Below, piece after piece: positions 7,414-8,602 of a DNA stretch of 8,602 nucleotides; the stretch's first letter is position 1, and every line of letters starts with the position of its first letter. The notes under the pieces were generated by a model. It was not told where the DNA came from. It saw only the letters and a program-made list of their open reading frames with translations, and did not search any database. The stretch spans positions 615,405 to 624,006 of the forward strand of contig NW_003314294.1 of the NCBI RefSeq assembly GCF_000143415.4, written 5' to 3'. The translations under genes were made by a program, and so were the position numbers. This stretch comes from Selaginella moellendorffii (taxonomy: Eukaryota > Plantae > Lycopodiophyta).

Positions 7414-8602
7414 TTTTAATTCTTAGAATATTTTGAGTGGTTGTATAAAAACCATAAGGGCAAAATATTAAGGTTTAAGGTTTAGCTGTGTCTTGAGCTA
7501 GAGCTATGAAGAAAGAGCTTAAGACGTGAGGAGAGCCATAGAGAGGAGGAGGATTAAGGTGCCTCACCTCAATAACTAATAGTAATGTTGACCAAGATCA
7601 TAAACCTTATATTGCCTCCTCAAAGTTATGAAGTATTAGTTCTAGCCATTGGTGATTTATCATTTCTACTTTAACATTAGTTGATATACTACTCAAGCAA
7701 GTTGTAAAAGTTGGATTGAGTTTCATCCTTTGACTCTTGAATTATATCTTGTGATATATATGAAATCTTAAATGTCCTTGATTTGAGTAGTATTAGGTTG
7801 GATGACATCTTGGGAAGTAGATTTATGAGATGATTGATGATCCTTTGTGATTTGCTTTGGATTGGTATCTTCATTTGAGATATCGGTAGAATATTACTGA
7901 CACTTACTTAAACAACTTCAGTTCTTTGGTATTGTTGATTGGGATCTATTCAGCTTGACATAGTGTAATAGTTGGCATGAACAAGTATTTAGTAGTCTTG
8001 CAACATTCATTTTGTTTTATTGATTATTGCTACAGTTGGTTCTAATAGATTTGGATATTATTTTCTTTGGGTGATATATTCGTGAATATTTTACTTGCCA
8101 GTTGATGATACTTTATATTCTTTGAATTGTCTTACATAATTGTTTAGCATACTATCTATAATCTTTGATAGTTAAGCTTTATCATGAAGTTTTCTTGATG
8201 ATATATTTGCTATTAAATTTTGTTGATTAATTAATTCTATGATTTTAACATTTAATAATCTTAATGGTTTCTATACTCTACAATTATGGTTTATTAGATG
8301 ATAACTTACTTAGAATCCTTCTGTGTTTTATCTAAGACTTGTTCACTAATAATTTAGTCTTTAAGATATTATTGTCTTTGACTTTGATATTGTTCATCTG
8401 TTGATCTTTGAGTTTGGGCTAGTATAGGAAAATTGGCTTCGGCACTTCATATGCATGGTGAAATCTCTACTTATGGTGAAAGTTACTGTCAACTAGTCAC
8501 ATCACTTGCCTCTATCACAATGTTCCCTATTCTGTTAAAAAGGTGTGATCATGTAAACTCTAACTACCTATTTATAGTAATCTATCTAAACCTTATCTTG
8601 TT
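7414..8602. other. AT-rich, T-skewed non-coding DNA of unknown origin (possibly LTR-derived)
   Basis: No credible ORF. TGTATAAAAA near 7442 is followed by a purine-rich patch and then long T-rich sequence. Confidence 0.35.

Noticed and set aside
7470-7485. Telomere-like AAGGTTTAAGGTTTAG
   Set aside because: Only two imperfect units, expected by chance in AT-rich DNA.
7689-7874. 61-aa minus-strand ORF
   Set aside because: The I/K/N/S-rich composition reflects the A-rich strand, and there is no domain.

Overview
This is a eukaryotic, plant-like repetitive window (CpG-poor, two assembly gaps at 3418-3712 and 6614-6713) with no intact host gene that I can support. It holds four things. (1) At 1-987, the 5' end of a minus-strand LTR retrotransposon: a tRNA-iMet-type primer-binding site (PBS) at 155-165 and a probable ~820-bp LTR at 168-987, bounded by ~24-bp imperfect inverted termini and carrying a hierarchical 6/11/12-bp tandem array. 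(2) At 988-3417, an unassigned stretch with several decayed palindromes that may be the LTR/leader of the next element. (3) At 3713-6267, a heavily pseudogenised plus-strand Ty3/Gypsy pol (RT-RNaseH-integrase) of non-chromovirus Athila/Tat type, with its YxDD motif broken, its integrase DD35E triad retained and its GPY/F module deleted. (4) A (GA)96 microsatellite and T-rich non-coding DNA at the right end. I found no convincing new biological system. The best leads are retroelement-level: hairpins around the PBS, the LTR-internal array, and an RNase H that appears to have lacked its catalytic Asp residues before the copy decayed. All translations and motif comparisons were done by hand from memory of family consensus, with no database search.
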